This document shows, one piece after another, positions 1 to 14,000 of a stretch of DNA of 64,000 nt. Each line of letters begins with the position of its first letter. Positions within the stretch are counted from its first letter, which is position 1. Source of the DNA: Macrostomum lignano (Eukaryota); assembly GCA_002269645.1 (NCBI GenBank), contig NIVC01001378.1, positions 186,001 through 250,000 of the forward strand, read 5' to 3'. The notes under the pieces are model-generated. The model worked only from the letters and a program-made list of their open reading frames with translations, was not told the origin of the DNA and did not search any database. A program made the position numbers and the translations under genes.

Positions 1-89
1 TGTTAACTATTGGTCGCAATTAGTTAGTACGCAGTGTGCATCATACATAAAGGTAGGCATCGTAATTAGGCGCTTAAACGCCCAAAGTC

Positions 90-535
90 TGTGATTTGTG
101 GTTTGTGAAGTCTATGGTTTGTGAAGTCTATGGTTTGTGAGGTCTATGATTTGTGAAGTCTATTGTTTGCGAAGTCTTTTGTTTCTGAAATCTATGGTTT
201 GTGAGGTCTATGGTTTGTGAAGTCTATTGTTTGTGAAGTATATGCATGGTTTGTGAGGTCTATGATTTGTGAAGTCTATGGTTTGTGAAGTCTATTGTTT
301 GTGAAGTCTATGGTTTGTGAAGTCTATGGTTTGTGAAGTCTATGGTTTGTGAGGTCTATGGTTTGTGAAGTCTATTGTTTGGGAAGTCTATTATTTGTGA
401 AGTCTATTGTTTGTGAAGTCTATTGTTTGTGAAGTATATGCATGGTTTGTGACTTGTGAGGTCTATGATTTGTGAAGTCTATGGTTTGTTTGGTTTATAG
501 ATTGTGAGGTTTATAGTTTGTGAGGTTTATGGTTT
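90..535. repeat. 16-bp minisatellite GGTTTGTGAAGTCTAT
   Basis: Tandem units visible. Confidence 0.9.
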
Positions 536-1180
536 GGTAATTTGGTAATCTGTTAATTTGGTTCCTAACTATTAAATACTAAATTCAGTTGGCCCCTGTT
601 CAGTTTTATACATGTATTTGGTTTCTATGCACTTTTTTTTTAGGCTGTGTCGAGTTGAAATCGACCAAAATTTATGAATGTATTTCATCTCATAGCGTGC
701 GAATTTTTAAGACTAAAAAAATTAATCCTGTGCCCGTCTACAATCAGCAGTTTGATATAAACACATCAACAGAAGCGTTGCTAGTGTGGGAAACTTGTTT
801 GAAAAATAGCAGTAAGGAGGGGGAGAATGTCGAACGTAACAGATGCATAGCAGAGCAGGCAATTTTGCAGATTCTACAATTCAACAACATTTACTTAATT
901 TGCGCATTTGTTTATGCATTAAATCTAAGGAGCTGTGTTCTATGCTAGTTCAATGTATGCATGTGTGTGTTGCATGCTAAGTGTGCACCGTGTGTGAATA
1001 GGTTTATTTCTAATATATGTATTAGGTAATTCACTGCAATAATTGTGCCTAAGTAGGTTTAACAATTTTTCTAGTTGACATTCCGCGCGTCGCAGTCGTT
1101 TATGATTTTTTTCTATTCTATTTATTAAGCCAAATGTAACACAGTCGAAATTCTTGTAGTTAGCTAGCTCTTGTGTGCAT

Positions 1181-1391
<211 letters not shown>

Positions 1392-1689
1392 CGCGTGTAC
1401 ATGTATCGTTCCCCTATCTTCTCGCGTGTCTCGAAAATTTACTCATTTTTTGTGCTTCGTGTTATTGAGTGCAAAACGTATTTTTTGAACTCGTACAGAT
1501 TATTTAAATATCTGTTGGGACTGGATTTCAACATAACCCGATAGCCGTATACCAATAAAGGATAGGCTGCAAACTTGATTTATGGGCGTTTATTCAGCAG
1601 TAACAAAAGAAAATATCTAAGCTGTTTAGATCTAACACAAACTTTCAAACGTAGCACAGATGAAGGAATAGTAATAACTGTTATCGTTT

Positions 1690-2445
1690 AGATGCTGAAC
1701 AGAAACGAAGACAGATAGATGCTGAGCAGAACAAAGACGGATAGATGCTGAACAGAAACAAAGACGGATCGATGCTGAACAGAAACAAAGACGGATAGAT
1801 AGTGAGCGAAAACAAAGACGGATAGATAGTGAGCGAAAACAAAGACGGATAGATGCTGAACAGAAACAAAGACGGATCGATGCTGAACAGAAACAAAGAC
1901 GGATAGATAGTGAGCGAAAACAAAGACGGATAAATATTGAACAGAAACAAATACGGATAGATGCTGAACAGAAACAAAGACGGATCGATGCTGAACAGAA
2001 ACAAAGACGGATAGATACTGAGCAGAACAAAGACGGATAGATGCTGAACAGAAACAAAGACGGATCGATGCTGAACAGAAACAAAGACGGATAGATAGTG
2101 AGCGAAAACAAAGACGGATAAATATTGAACAGAAACAAATACGGATAGATGCTGAACAGAAACAAAGACGGATCGATGCTGAACAGAAACAAAGACGGAT
2201 AGATACTGAGCAGAACAAAGACGGATAGATGCTGAACAGAAACAAAGACGGATCGATGCTGAACAGAAACAAAGACGGATAGATAGTGAGCGAAAACAAA
2301 GACGGATAAATACTGAACAGAAACAAATACGGATAGATGCTGAACAGAAACAAAGACGGATAGATACTGAGCAGAACAAAGAAGGATCGATGCTGAACAG
2401 AAACAAAGACGAATAGATGCTGAACATAAACAAAGACCTGATGTA
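1690..2445. repeat. ~27-bp minisatellite GATAGATGCTGAACAGAAACAAAGACG
   Basis: Tandem units with variants. Confidence 0.92.
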
Positions 2446-2924
2446 AAAAAATTCTTTGATTTTTCAAGTTGCAAGGTTGAGTAATTTGTGCCACTTTTTG
2501 ATAAGTATATAGTTTCGGTAAAAATAAGGTGCGCAGAATTTAATTAACGACGCTTTATTCTCAATTTTTCATACTTATTCAAATTGCTGCAAGCCTTATA
2601 GATTAGGTTTGCTTTAATTATATAACGCGTATATATTAGCAACAGACGAACTTAAACTGGCTTTTTTATACCATCAATGGAACCTTTTAAAAGTCTGTAG
2701 TTAAATTCTACCTTCCCTAGCATTTATGCTTTAGTTTTTTCGGTCATTTATTCTAAGAGACTCTTAGAAGCAGAAAATCTTGCCTTGGGGGCCTTGAAAA
2801 TGTCTATCTGTGTTGTCTTGTTTTCCTTCTGCCTTTTTCTGCCTTTCTTGTGCGTGTTCAGTTAACCTTGCACGACCTCCTCTTTTTGAGGTCTTTCAAG
2901 TCAGTGTCTTTCAATGGTTCTCTT

Positions 2925-3580
2925 AGGTGTGCTAGTGTCTTTCGAGGGTGAACTAGTGTCTCCCAGGTGTGCTAGTGTCTTTTGGGAGTGAACTAGTGTC
3001 TCCCAGGTGTGCTAGTGTCTTTCGAGGGTGAACTAGTGTCTCCCAGGTGTGCTAGTGTCTTTCGAGGGTGAACTAGTGTCTCTCAGGTGTGCTAGTGTCT
3101 TTCGAGGGTGAACTAGTGTCTCCCAGGTGTGCTAGTGTCTTTCGAGGGTGAACTAGTGTCTCCCAGGTGTGCTAGTGTCTTTCGAGGGTGAACTAGTGTC
3201 TCCCAGGTGTGCTAGTGTCTTTCGAGGGTGAACTAGTGTCTCTCAGGTGTGCTAGTGTCTTTCGAGGGTGAACTAGTGTCTCCCAGGTGTGCTAGTGTCT
3301 TTTGGGAGTGAACTAGTGTCTCTCAGGTGTGCTAGTGTCTTTCGAGGGTGAACTAGTGTCTCTCAGGTGTGCTAGTGTCTTTCGAGGGTGAACTAGTGTC
3401 TCCCAGGTGTGCTAGTGTCTTTTGGGAGTGAACTAGTGTCTCCCAGGTGTGCTAGTGTCTTTCGAGGGTGAACTAGTGTCTCTCAGGTGTGCTAGTGTCT
3501 TTCGAGGGTGAACTAGTGTCTCCCAGGTGTGCTAGTGTCTTTCGAGGGTGAACTAGTGTCTCTCAGGTGTGCTAGTGTCT
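2925..3580. repeat. 40-bp minisatellite built from two diverged 20-mers sharing CTAGTGTCT
   Basis: Period of 40. Confidence 0.93.
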
Positions 3581-4519
3581 GTCATTTTCGATGAGCTGAT
3601 GGAGTATTAGAGATTAAAGGTGTTAAGGTGTTGATAGGCTTTGCTGACCATTTTTAGATCAGGTCGTATGGTCTTAAAGAGAAAGAGATCTTTTTCTTGT
3701 CTCAACATTTGGGCTGCATTGGGGTAAGGGTTTTCATTAGGCCTTCAAGTGTCGTGCTTCGCTGTACAAAGGTCTTAAAACTCAGAGTACATGTAAATAT
3801 GTACATTGGTCGAACAAGGGTTGGAGTGGAGAGTTTAGAGGTACAAATTTCAAATTGCGATAAGTTTCTATGCGTGTTTGTTGTTTGTCGGTTCTTCTGC
3901 GCGATACTGCGGCCTGTTTACTGTGCTGTTATACTATTGTCAGCATAGAATGAATATTGGGCTTGCATAGATAGAAGCAGTAAAATACCCAGACATCTAA
4001 GTCATTGGTGGTTGGGCAGAAAACTATCTAAATAACTACGTGCATTTCAATGAATAGTAAAGAGAGAGAGAGAATAAAAGTGGAAGTGTGTGCCATTTCT
4101 GAATTTTGCGTGTGTGTTCTTGACTCATTCGTTTTTGCTGGGGTTGCATTAATGAAAACACGTAAGCACGGACACACGCACACTCGTAGGTCTGTCTGTT
4201 GGCCTGCTAACAAACCAATCTTGCAATGTGAAAAGGCTTAAGCAATTTGTGCCGTTCGCCAGTGTTTGCGCGTTTTATTGAGGCGTAATTTGATTCTTTG
4301 ATTCTTACCTTATTAGGTTAACGCATTAGTTGTGCTGTTTTTTTTGTTAATAGTAAGAACAGAGAGTCTTAACACATTCCTTAAACTGGCTTTGAATTTG
4401 CGTTTCGCTTATGTCTGAGACTTCAAGATGCCACAAAGACCTTCAGGCTTCCTTAAATATGACTTTAAAATGACTGAATTGTCCTTCAGTATATCAAAAT
4501 GCTTCTTCAGCATGTTTAA

Positions 4520-4870
4520 ATAATCTTCAGTGTATCTAAATAATCCTTCGGGGTATCTAAATGATCATTCGGGGTATCTGAATTATCCTTCAGGGTATCT
4601 GAATTATCCTTCAGGGTATCTGAATTATCCTTCAGCGTATCTGAATTATCCTTCAGCGTATCTGAACAATCCTTCAGGGTGTCTGAATAATCCTTCAGGG
4701 TATCTGAATAATCCTTCAGGGTATCTAATTTATCCTTCAGGGTATCGAAATGATCCTTTAGGGTATCGAAATGATCTTTCAGGGAATCTCAATTGTCCTC
4801 CAAGGTATTGGTATGATCCTTTAGGTTATTAAAATTATCCTTCAGGATATCTAAATCGTCCTTCAGACAG
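4520..4870. repeat. 21-bp minisatellite CCTTCAGGGTATCTGAATAAT
   Basis: Tandem units. Confidence 0.9.
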
Positions 4871-4993
4871 CCCAAATTTTTCCTCTGGATAACATCGTCT
4901 TGTGTGCCTAAACTGGCTCTTCGAAAAGGATCTTTAAAATCAAGTTTTCCTTACATCGCAAACTGCGCTCAACGCTTTGTTTGCAACGCTTAG

Positions 4994-5092
4994 ACCTGCT
5001 CGAGAAAGCTCGAGTTATCCAGCAGGCCAAGGACGAGCGCTGCTTTCACATCTTCTATCAGCTGTTGTCCACTCGCGACAATGAATTGATCC
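4994..5092 (+). CDS. MYH9/MYH10: Myosin II exon (motor, just after switch I)
   Basis: tag|AC CTG...ATC C|gtaag; (Y)[24 protein letters not shown]; missed by the ORF track. Confidence 0.92.
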
Positions 5093-8000
5093 GTAAGATG
5101 TGAAATGTGTTATTTAGTTTGTGTACTTTTCAAACTAATACAGATACCATATTAATTGATTTCCAATCGCCATGGCAACTATTCTTCAGGCACTCTACTG
5201 CTGGAGGACTTCAAAAACTACAAGTACCTTACTAACGGTCGGGTCCCAGTGCCCGGAGTGGAAGACAAAGCCGCTCTGGATGAGACGCTGCAAGCTATGG
5301 AGATTATGGGAATTAGCTCAGAGGAAAGGCACTGTGAGTGTGCCTTTTTAATTTTTATAGAATTATTTTTTATGGCGTAGCTGGCTGTGCTTACCGAGAT
5401 AAATGAGTGACTGTCGGGTTTGATACCAAGAAACTCAGCTCTCTAAACTAAGAAATGTAGATCCCTAAACAGAGAAAACAAATCCCCAAAATCATAATCC
5501 GAATCCCCAAACTAACAATCCGAATCCCCAAACTAACAATCCGAATCCCCAAACTGATAATCCAAATCCCCAAACTAATATTCCGAATCCCCAAACCTAT
5601 AATCAAAATCCCTAAACTGATAGTACAAATCCCCCAAGCAAAAAATCCAAATCCCCAAGTTCAAATCCAATTGGATCCCCAAATCCAAATCAAAAGTCCA
5701 AATCCTCAACCTAACAATCCAAATCCCCAAACTGGGAATCCGAATCCCCAATCTGATAATCCAAATCCCCAAACAGATAGTTCAAATCCCCGAACTGGAA
5801 ATCCGAATCCCCAAACTGATAATCCAAATCTCCAAACTGGGAATCCAAATCCCCAAACTGATAATCCAAATCCCCAAACTGGGAATCCAAATCCCCAAAC
5901 CTTCACCTCCTTAATCCGCAGCGATCTTCCGCGTGATCAGCGCCGTACTGCAGCTGGGCGCAATCGAATTCAAACAGGAGCGCAACTCCGATCAGGCCAC
6001 CATGCCCGACAGCACAAGTGCGTTGAATTTTTTTTCTTTTTTGTTTACGTACGCTACTATAAGTAGCAGAAATGCAACTGACAAGAATAATAATGTTCTT
6101 TTTCGTTGAATTCAGACGCCCAGAAAGCTTGCCACCTGCTCGGCCTTCAGCTCAACGATCTAGTACGCGCTTTCCTGCGTCCGAGAATCAAAGTTGGCCG
6201 AGATTTTGTTAACAAATCGCAGAGCCAAGAACAGGTTGTGTTCGCCGTTGAAGCCATCTCCAAGGCTATCTACGAGAGGCTGTTCCGCTGGCTAGTGACC
6301 CGAATTAATCGGTCATTGGACCGCAGCAAAGCTCGTCAAAGTGCTCACTTTATTGGCATCCTGGACATTGCCGGCTTTGAAATATTCGAGCTGAATAGTT
6401 TCGAACAGCTGTGCATCAACTACACTAACGAGAAGCTGCAGCAGCTGTTTAACCACACGATGTTCATCCTGGAACAGGAGGAGTACCAGAAAGAGGGCAT
6501 CGAATGGAAATTCATCGACTTTGGTTTGGACTTGCAGCCAACCATCGATCTGATTGAGAAGACGCCAATGATTGACAAGCAACAGATGGGCATCTTCGCC
6601 ATCTTAGACGAAGAGTGCTGGTTCCCCAAGGCTACGGATAAGAGCTTCGTTGAGAAGCTGCAGAAGAACTTCGATCAGCATCCAAAATTTGCTAGGGCCA
6701 GCATGAAGAAGGCGGCAACCAATGGTTTCGCCGTTGTGCACTATGCCGGCAGAGTGGACTACTCGGCTGACAACTGGCTGCAGAAGAATCAGGATCCGCT
6801 CAATGAGAATGTCGTAGCCGTGCTGCAAAATTCATCCGATCAGTTTGTTGCCAGCCTGTGGAAAGATGTTGAAAATGTTGTTGGCCTAGCTGCTCAGGCC
6901 GCCTCCGAGACTGTGTTCGGTCAGCGCACCAAGAAGGGCATGTTCAGGACAGTCGGCCAGCTGTACAAAGAGCAGCTAGCCCGGCTGATGAATGTGCTCA
7001 ACAATACTACGCCAAACTTTGTTCGCTGCATCATTCCTAATCACGAGAAGAAGTCTGGCAAACTGGATAGCCTGCTAGTGCTGGATCAGCTGCGCTGCAA
7101 CGGTGTACTCGAAGGCATTCGAATCTGTCGTCAAGGCTTCCCTAATCGAATTCTATTCCAAGAGTTCAAGCAGAGATACGAGATTCTCTGTCCGAACGTT
7201 CTGTCCAAAACGTTTATGGACGGTCGGAAGGCTGTTGAACTGATGATTGAAAATCTTGAGCTAGACAGTAATCTTTATCGAATTGGTCGCAGCAAGGTGT
7301 TCTTCCGGGCTGGTATCATTGCTTACCTGGAGGAGGAGCGTGACAAGCGCCTAGCCGAGTACATTGTCGGATTTCAAGCTCATGCTCGCGGCTACCTGGC
7401 TAGAAAGAACTACCAGAAGCGTATCCAACAGTCTAACGCTATTCGTATTATTCAGCGCAATTGCGCCTCGTATTTGAAGTTGCGCAATTGGACTTGGTGG
7501 CGTTTGTACACTAAAGTGCGACCGCTGCTGCAGGTCACGCGACAGGACGAGATTGTTCAGGTAAAAGAAATAATTGTTTTACTAAACCTAGGTCATCAAG
7601 TATCGTTCTTTGATCGTTTGTTCAATTTTTATGTAATTTAGTAGTTTTCAAGGTCATTCGATTTGTTTTAAAAATCATTCAATTATTTTCAAGGTCTTTA
7701 GTTGCTTTCAAGGTCATTCAGTTGTTATCAAGGTCATTCAGTTGTTATCAAGGTCATTCAGTCGCTTCAAGGTTGTTCAATTGTTTTTAAAGTCATTCAA
7801 TAGTTTTCAAGGTCATTCATTTGTTTTCAAGGTCATTTACTAGTTTTCTAGGTCATTCATTTGTTTTCAAGGTCATTCAGTTGCTTTCAAGGTCATTTAA
7901 TTGTTTCCAAGGTCATTTAATAGTGTTCAAGGTCATTCATTTGTTTTTAAGGTCATTCAGTTGTTTTCAAGGGGTCGCTTCACAAGCTCAAAATTTCACA

Positions 8001-11000
8001 ACCTCGAAAAGCACTTCCTTTCACAAACCCGAAACTTCATAAGCTCGAAATTTCACAACCTCGAAAATTCTAGCAGGCGACTTCATAAACTGCTAAAATG
8101 GTTTTCAAGGTTGTGAAATTTCGAGCTTGTGAAGCCAGCTGCTGAAATTTTCGAGGATATGGAATTTCGAGCTTATGAAGTCGCCTGCTAAAATTTTCGA
8201 GGATATGAAATTTCGAGCTTATGAAGTTTCGGGTTTGTGAAAGTGGGCTGCTAGAATGGTTTTCGAGGTTGTGAAGTTTCGAGCTTACGAAGTCACCTGC
8301 TAAAATGGTTTCGAGGTTGTGAAATTTCGAGCTTATGAAATTTCGAGCTTGTGAAAGCAACCCGTTTTCAAGGCTATTTAGTCGCTTTCATTTTTTTCAA
8401 ACATCTACATAACATTTACCTTGTCTCTCTAAACAAAATCAGGCTAAAGACTCCGAGATCAAGCAGCTGAGGGATACGTGCGAACGCTCCCAGTCTGAAC
8501 TCAGCGAGTACAAGACGTCCTACATGCAGTTGTCTGAGGAGCAGCACCAGCTCAAGGAGGCTCTGCAGCAGGAGCGCGACCAGCTAGCCGAAGCCGAGGA
8601 CGCCAGAGAGAAGCTCTCAAATCGAACCGGTGAATTATCCGCCATGCTCGAGGAGCTCCGCCTGCAGCTAGAGGACGAGTACACTAAAGCTAATAAGTAC
8701 GCCGAAGAGAAGCGAGAACAGCAGCAGGTGATTCAAGACTTAGAAGAGCAGTTGGAAACTTCGGAGGAGCAGAAGCAGAAAGTGCAGTTAGAGAAGGTCG
8801 GTTTAGAAAGTCGGCTAAGGGATCTGGAGTCCAATTTAGCTAATAGCAGTGATCAGAGCCAGAAACTGCTGGCCGAGCGTAAAGCTCTCGAGGACCGGCT
8901 AACCGAGTTGAGCTCAGTGCTCACCGAGGAAGAGGAACGCAGCAGAGGCCTTGGCAAGCTCAAGGCTAAACACGAGAGCATCATCAAGGAGCTGGAGGAG
9001 CGACTTCAGGCGGAGAAAGACACCCGTCAGGATCTGGAGCGGGCCAAGCGTCGGTTGGAATCCGAGCTGATGGAGCGACAGGACGAGCTGCAGGAGGCCA
9101 CGCAACAGATGCACGACTTCGAGGCTCAGGTTAAACGGCTGGAGGAGGAGCATCAGAAATTTCAGGTTAGCAAAAGTTTTTGCCATTTCTGCTAACTGTT
9201 AAAGATAGGATTCCTACCCTCCCTGATGCTTTAGTGGCTACTGCTACTCTCCATCTGAACCTTCAGGGGTTGTTCCTACCCTCCCTGATGCTTTAGTGGC
9301 TACTGCTACCCTCCATCTGAACCTTCAGGGGTTGTTCCTACCCTCCATCTGAACCTTCAGGGGTTGTTCCTACCCTCCATCTTAACCTTCAGGGGTTGTT
9401 CCTACCCTCCATCTGAACCTTCAGGGGTTGTTCCTACTCTCTATCTGAACCTTCAGGGGTTGTTCCTACCCTCCATCTTAACCTTCAGGGGTTGTTCCTA
9501 CCCTCCATCTTAACCTTCAGGGGTTGTTCCTACCCTCTATCTTAACCTTCAGGGGTTGTTCCTACCCTCCATCTGAACCTTCAGGGGTTGTTCCTACTCT
9601 CTATCTGAACCTTCAGAGGTTGTTCCTACCCTCCATCTGAACCTTCAGGGGTTGTTCCTACCCTCCATCCGAACCTTCAGGGGTTGTTCCTACCCTCCAT
9701 CTTAACCTTCAGTGGTTGTTCCTACCCTCCATCTGAACCTTCAGGGGTTGTTCCTACCCTCCATCTGAACCTTCAGGGGTTATTCCTACTCTCTATCTGA
9801 ACCTTCAGGGGTTATTCCTACTCTCTATCTGAACCTTCAGGGGTTATTCCTACTCTCTATCTGAACCTTCAGGGGTTGTTCCTACTCTCTATCTGAACCT
9901 TCAGAGGTTGTTCCTATCCTCCATCTGAACCTTCAGGGGTTGTTCCTACCCTCCATCCGAACCTTCAGGGGTTGTTCCTACCCTCCATCTTAACCTTCAG
10001 TGGTTGTTCCTACCCTCCATCTGAACCTTCAGGGGTTGTTCCTACCCTCCATCTGAACCTTCAGGGGTTATTCCTACTCTCTATCTGAACCTTCAGGGGT
10101 TATTCCTACTCTCTATCTGAACCTTCAGGGGTTATTCCTACTCTCTATCTGAACCTTCAGGGGTTGTTCCTACTCTCTATCTGAACCTTCAGGGTTTGTT
10201 CCTACTCTCCATCTAATCCTTCAGGGGTTATTCCTACTCTCCATCTAATCCTTCAGGGGTTATTCCTACTCTCCATCTAATCCTTCAGGGGTTATTCCTA
10301 CTCTCCATCTAATCCTTCAGGGGTTATTCCTACTCTCCATCTAATCCTTCAGGGGTTATTCCTACTCTCCATCTAATCCTTCAGGGGTTATTCCTACTTT
10401 CCATCTAATCCTTCAGGGGTTATTCCTACTCTCCATCTAATCCTTCAGGGGTTATTCCTACTCTCTATCTGAACCTTCAGGGTTTGTTCCCATCCTCCAT
10501 AACATTCTTCATAGACTGTTTCTATCTACCCTCAAAATGATAATTTAGGAATGTTCTTACCCTCCATCTAATCCTTCAGCGGCTGTTCCCACCCTCCCTG
10601 ATCCCTTGTTGCTAAGCTCTGCTATGCTCTTCACAATAATAGCCAAAGCACCAAAGAAAGCAAACAAAAAACTTTGCAGGCAAAGATAGACGAAGAGGTG
10701 GCCGCTCGCAGCACCGCGCAGAAGGCGGCCCGAAATTTGGAGGCTCGAATTCAGGAGCTTAGCGAAGACTTGGACGCCGAGAAAGTCGCCAGAGATCGGG
10801 CCGAAAAGCACAAACGCGATTTAGGCGAAGAGCTCGAAGCGCTCAAGCAGGAATTCGAAGATCAGCAAGATTCGAATAACGTCCAACAGGATTTGAACAG
10901 GCGCCGTAACGAGGAACTGCTATCGTTGAAATCGTCTCTGGAGGAGCAGCAGAAGGCTAACGAGACCCAGATTAGCGAGCTGAAGCAGCGCAACGCTAAA

Positions 11001-14000
11001 ACAGTGGAGGAACTGCAGGTGAGCTAATGTTAATGGTAATTTAGCAATTTTGGCTGCTTCTGTGGTGATTCTGTAGCCCTGAAGCTATCCTGAAGTGATT
11101 CTGTAGCCCTGAAGCTATCCTGAAGTGATTCTGTAGCCCTGAAGCTATCCTGAAGTGATTCTGCAGTCCTGAAGCTATCCTGAAGTGATTCTGCAGTCCT
11201 GAAGCTATCCTGAAGTGATTCTGCAGTCCTGAAGCTATCCTGAAGTGATTCTGCAGTCCTGAAGCTATCCTGAAGTGATTCTGCAGTCCTGAAGCTATCC
11301 TGAAGTGATTCTATGCGTCTGAAGCTATCCTGAAGTGATTGTATAGCCCTGAAGCTATCCTGAAGTAATTGTATAGCCCTAAAGCTATTCTGAAGTGATT
11401 GTATAGTCCTGAAGCTATCCTGAAGTAATTGTATAGCCCTGAAGCTATTCTGAAGTGATTGTATAGTCCTGAAGCTATCCTGAAGTAATTGTATAGCTCT
11501 GAAGCTATTCTGAAGTGATTGTATAGCCCTGAAGCTATTCTGAAGTGATTGTATAGCCCTGAAGCTATTCTGAAGTGATTGTATAGCCCTGAAGCTATTC
11601 TGAAGTGATTGTATAGCCCTGAAGCTATTCTGAAGTGATTGTATAGCCCTGAAGCTATTCTGAAGTGATTGTATAGCCCTGAAGCTATTCTGAAGTGATT
11701 GTATAGCCCTGAAGCTATTCTGAAGTGATTGTATAGTCCTGAAGCTACATGTATCTTAAAGTGATTCTATAGCCCTGAAGCTATCCTGAAGCAATTCTAT
11801 AGCCATGAAGCTATCCTAAAGCTATTCTATAGTCCTGAAGCTATCCTAAAGTGATTCTATTGCCCTGAAGAAGTGCATTGTGGATATTATCAACAAAAAA
11901 GTACACAATGTCCTTTCGCTAATCCGCAGGAGCAAATGGAGTCGCTGCGCCGGGCCAAACAGCAGTTGGAAAAGCAGCGTCAGCAGCTCGAATCCGAAGT
12001 TGCCGATCTCAGCAACGAAGTGAAAAGTCTTAGTCAGGCAAAAGCCGAGAGCGAGAAGCGTCGCAAAGCTCTCGAGCAGCGAGTTATGGAGGCCGAGTCC
12101 AAATTTCAAGAGACCGACAAACAACGCGCCGACATTTCCGACCGACTTGGCCGAGCCGCTAAAGAGGTCGAATCGCTGCAAGCTCAACTCGAAGAAGCCG
12201 AGAGTCGAGCTCTGCGCGCCGAGAAGAGCAGCTCTGCCGGGGACATTCAACGGCGCGAGATGGAGGCCTCCCTGGAGGAGGAGAACCGGGCTAAGCTTGC
12301 TGTGCAGGCCAGGCTGAGAGCTGCAGAGGAGAAGGCCGCTAGGCTCAATGACCAGCTGCTTGAGGAGCAGGTATGGTTTCAAAAGCTACCCCTGAAGCTA
12401 CCCTGAAGGCGACACTACCCCCTGAAGCTATCCTGAGGGGACACTACCCCCTAAAGCTATCCTGAGGGACACACCCCCTGAATCCTTAGAGGAAACTACC
12501 CCCTGAAGCTATCCTGAGGGGACACTACCCCCTGAATCCTGAGAGGAAACTACCCCTGAAGCTATTCTGAGAGGGACACTACCCCCTGAAGCTATCCTGA
12601 GAGGGACACTACCCCCTGAAGCTATCCTGAGAGGGACACTACCCCTTGAAGCTATCCTATATAGCCCTGAAGCAGTCCTGAAGCAAGGCTGGGCCTAAAG
12701 CTATCCTAAGGCCTAAATCTAATCCTGAAGCTTTCAAGCACAAGTCTCACTCTGATCGCCCTCAATCCGAACAGGAGCAGCGCGAGCAGACGGAGAAGCA
12801 GCTAGCCGCGGTGCAGCAGCTCAGCCAGGAGCTCAAACGCAAAGTTGGCGAAGACTCCGAACAGCTCGCCGAACTTGACGAGCAGCGAAATCGGCTCAGA
12901 CGCGAATGCGAGGATCTTCAATTGCGCCTCGAAGAGACTCAGGCTCTCAACGACAAACTCGAGAAGGGCCGTAGGAAGATGCTAGGCGAGCTGGACGATA
13001 TGCAGCACTTGTGCGAGACCCAGCGCAAGGAGCTGCTCGATCTGGAACGGAAGCAGAAAAAATTCGACGAACGGGCCAGCGAGTCGCAGAACCGCCTGGC
13101 CCAGCTGCAGGCTGAGAAGGACCGGCTGTCGCAGGAGTCGAGAGAGAAAGAGTCCAAAATACTGGCTCTGCAGAGGGACATGGAGAGCCTGTCCGACAGG
13201 CTGGCCGATGCTGAACGAGCTCGAAATCTCAAGACCAAAGAGCTTGAGGAGCTGCTGGCTAACCAGAACGATGCCGGCAAAAGTGCTCACGATTTGGAGA
13301 GGAGCAAAGCTCAATTGGAGGCCAAACTGCAGGAGTTGCAGACTCACCTTGACGAGGTAAGAATACCCTGCATACGACTGAAAGCAGAGCCATTCCCTTC
13401 TAGTAGCAAACTGCAAGCAGAGCCATTCCCTTCTAGTAGCAAACTGGAGGCAGAGCCATTCCCTTCTAGTAGCAAACTGGAGGCAGAGCCATTCCCTTCT
13501 AGTAGCAAACTGGAGGCAGAGCCATTCCCTTCTAGTAGCAAACTGGAGGCAGAGCCATTCCCTTCTAGTAGCAAACTGGAGGCAGAGCCATTCCCTTCTA
13601 GTAGCAAACTGCAAGCAGAGCCATTCCCTTCTAGTAGCAAACTGCAAGCAGAGCCATTCCCTTCTAGTAGCAAACTGCAAGCAGAGCCATTCCCTTCTAG
13701 TAGCAAACTGGAAGCAGAGCTATCCCTTCTCCCCTTCTAGAAGCAGACTGGAAACTGGAATGTCAATGAAAAGTCAAATCCATCCCAACCGCGCAGGTGG
13801 AGGACGAGCTGACCGTGTCGGAGGACAACCGTCTCCGCCTGGAGGTGAACTCGCAGGCTATGCGCGAGCAGCACACTAAAGAGTTGCACGAACGCGAGGA
13901 GGCCGCCGAGGATGCCCGGCGTCAGCTGGTTAAGCAGCTCAAAGATTTGGAGGCGGAAGTTGAAGACGAGCGCAAAACTCGGGCAATGGCCGTGTCGGCC

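Noticed and set aside
589-948. 119-aa ORF with a TTG start, and similar ORFs in 16699-20596
   Set aside because: AT-rich codon usage unlike the real exons, no motifs, and located in intron or UTR sequence.
4050-4161. Possible upstream myosin exon ending AAAACAC|gtaagc (phase 1)
   Set aside because: The phase fits, but the peptide (FAGVALMKT) does not resemble the expected switch I segment (NSSRFGKF...GANIET).
13357-13740. In-frame read-through of the myosin exon into the 39-bp repeat ([11 protein letters not shown])n
   Set aside because: A strong donor at 13357 and acceptor at 13796 join the rod seamlessly; Pro-rich repeats would break the coiled coil.
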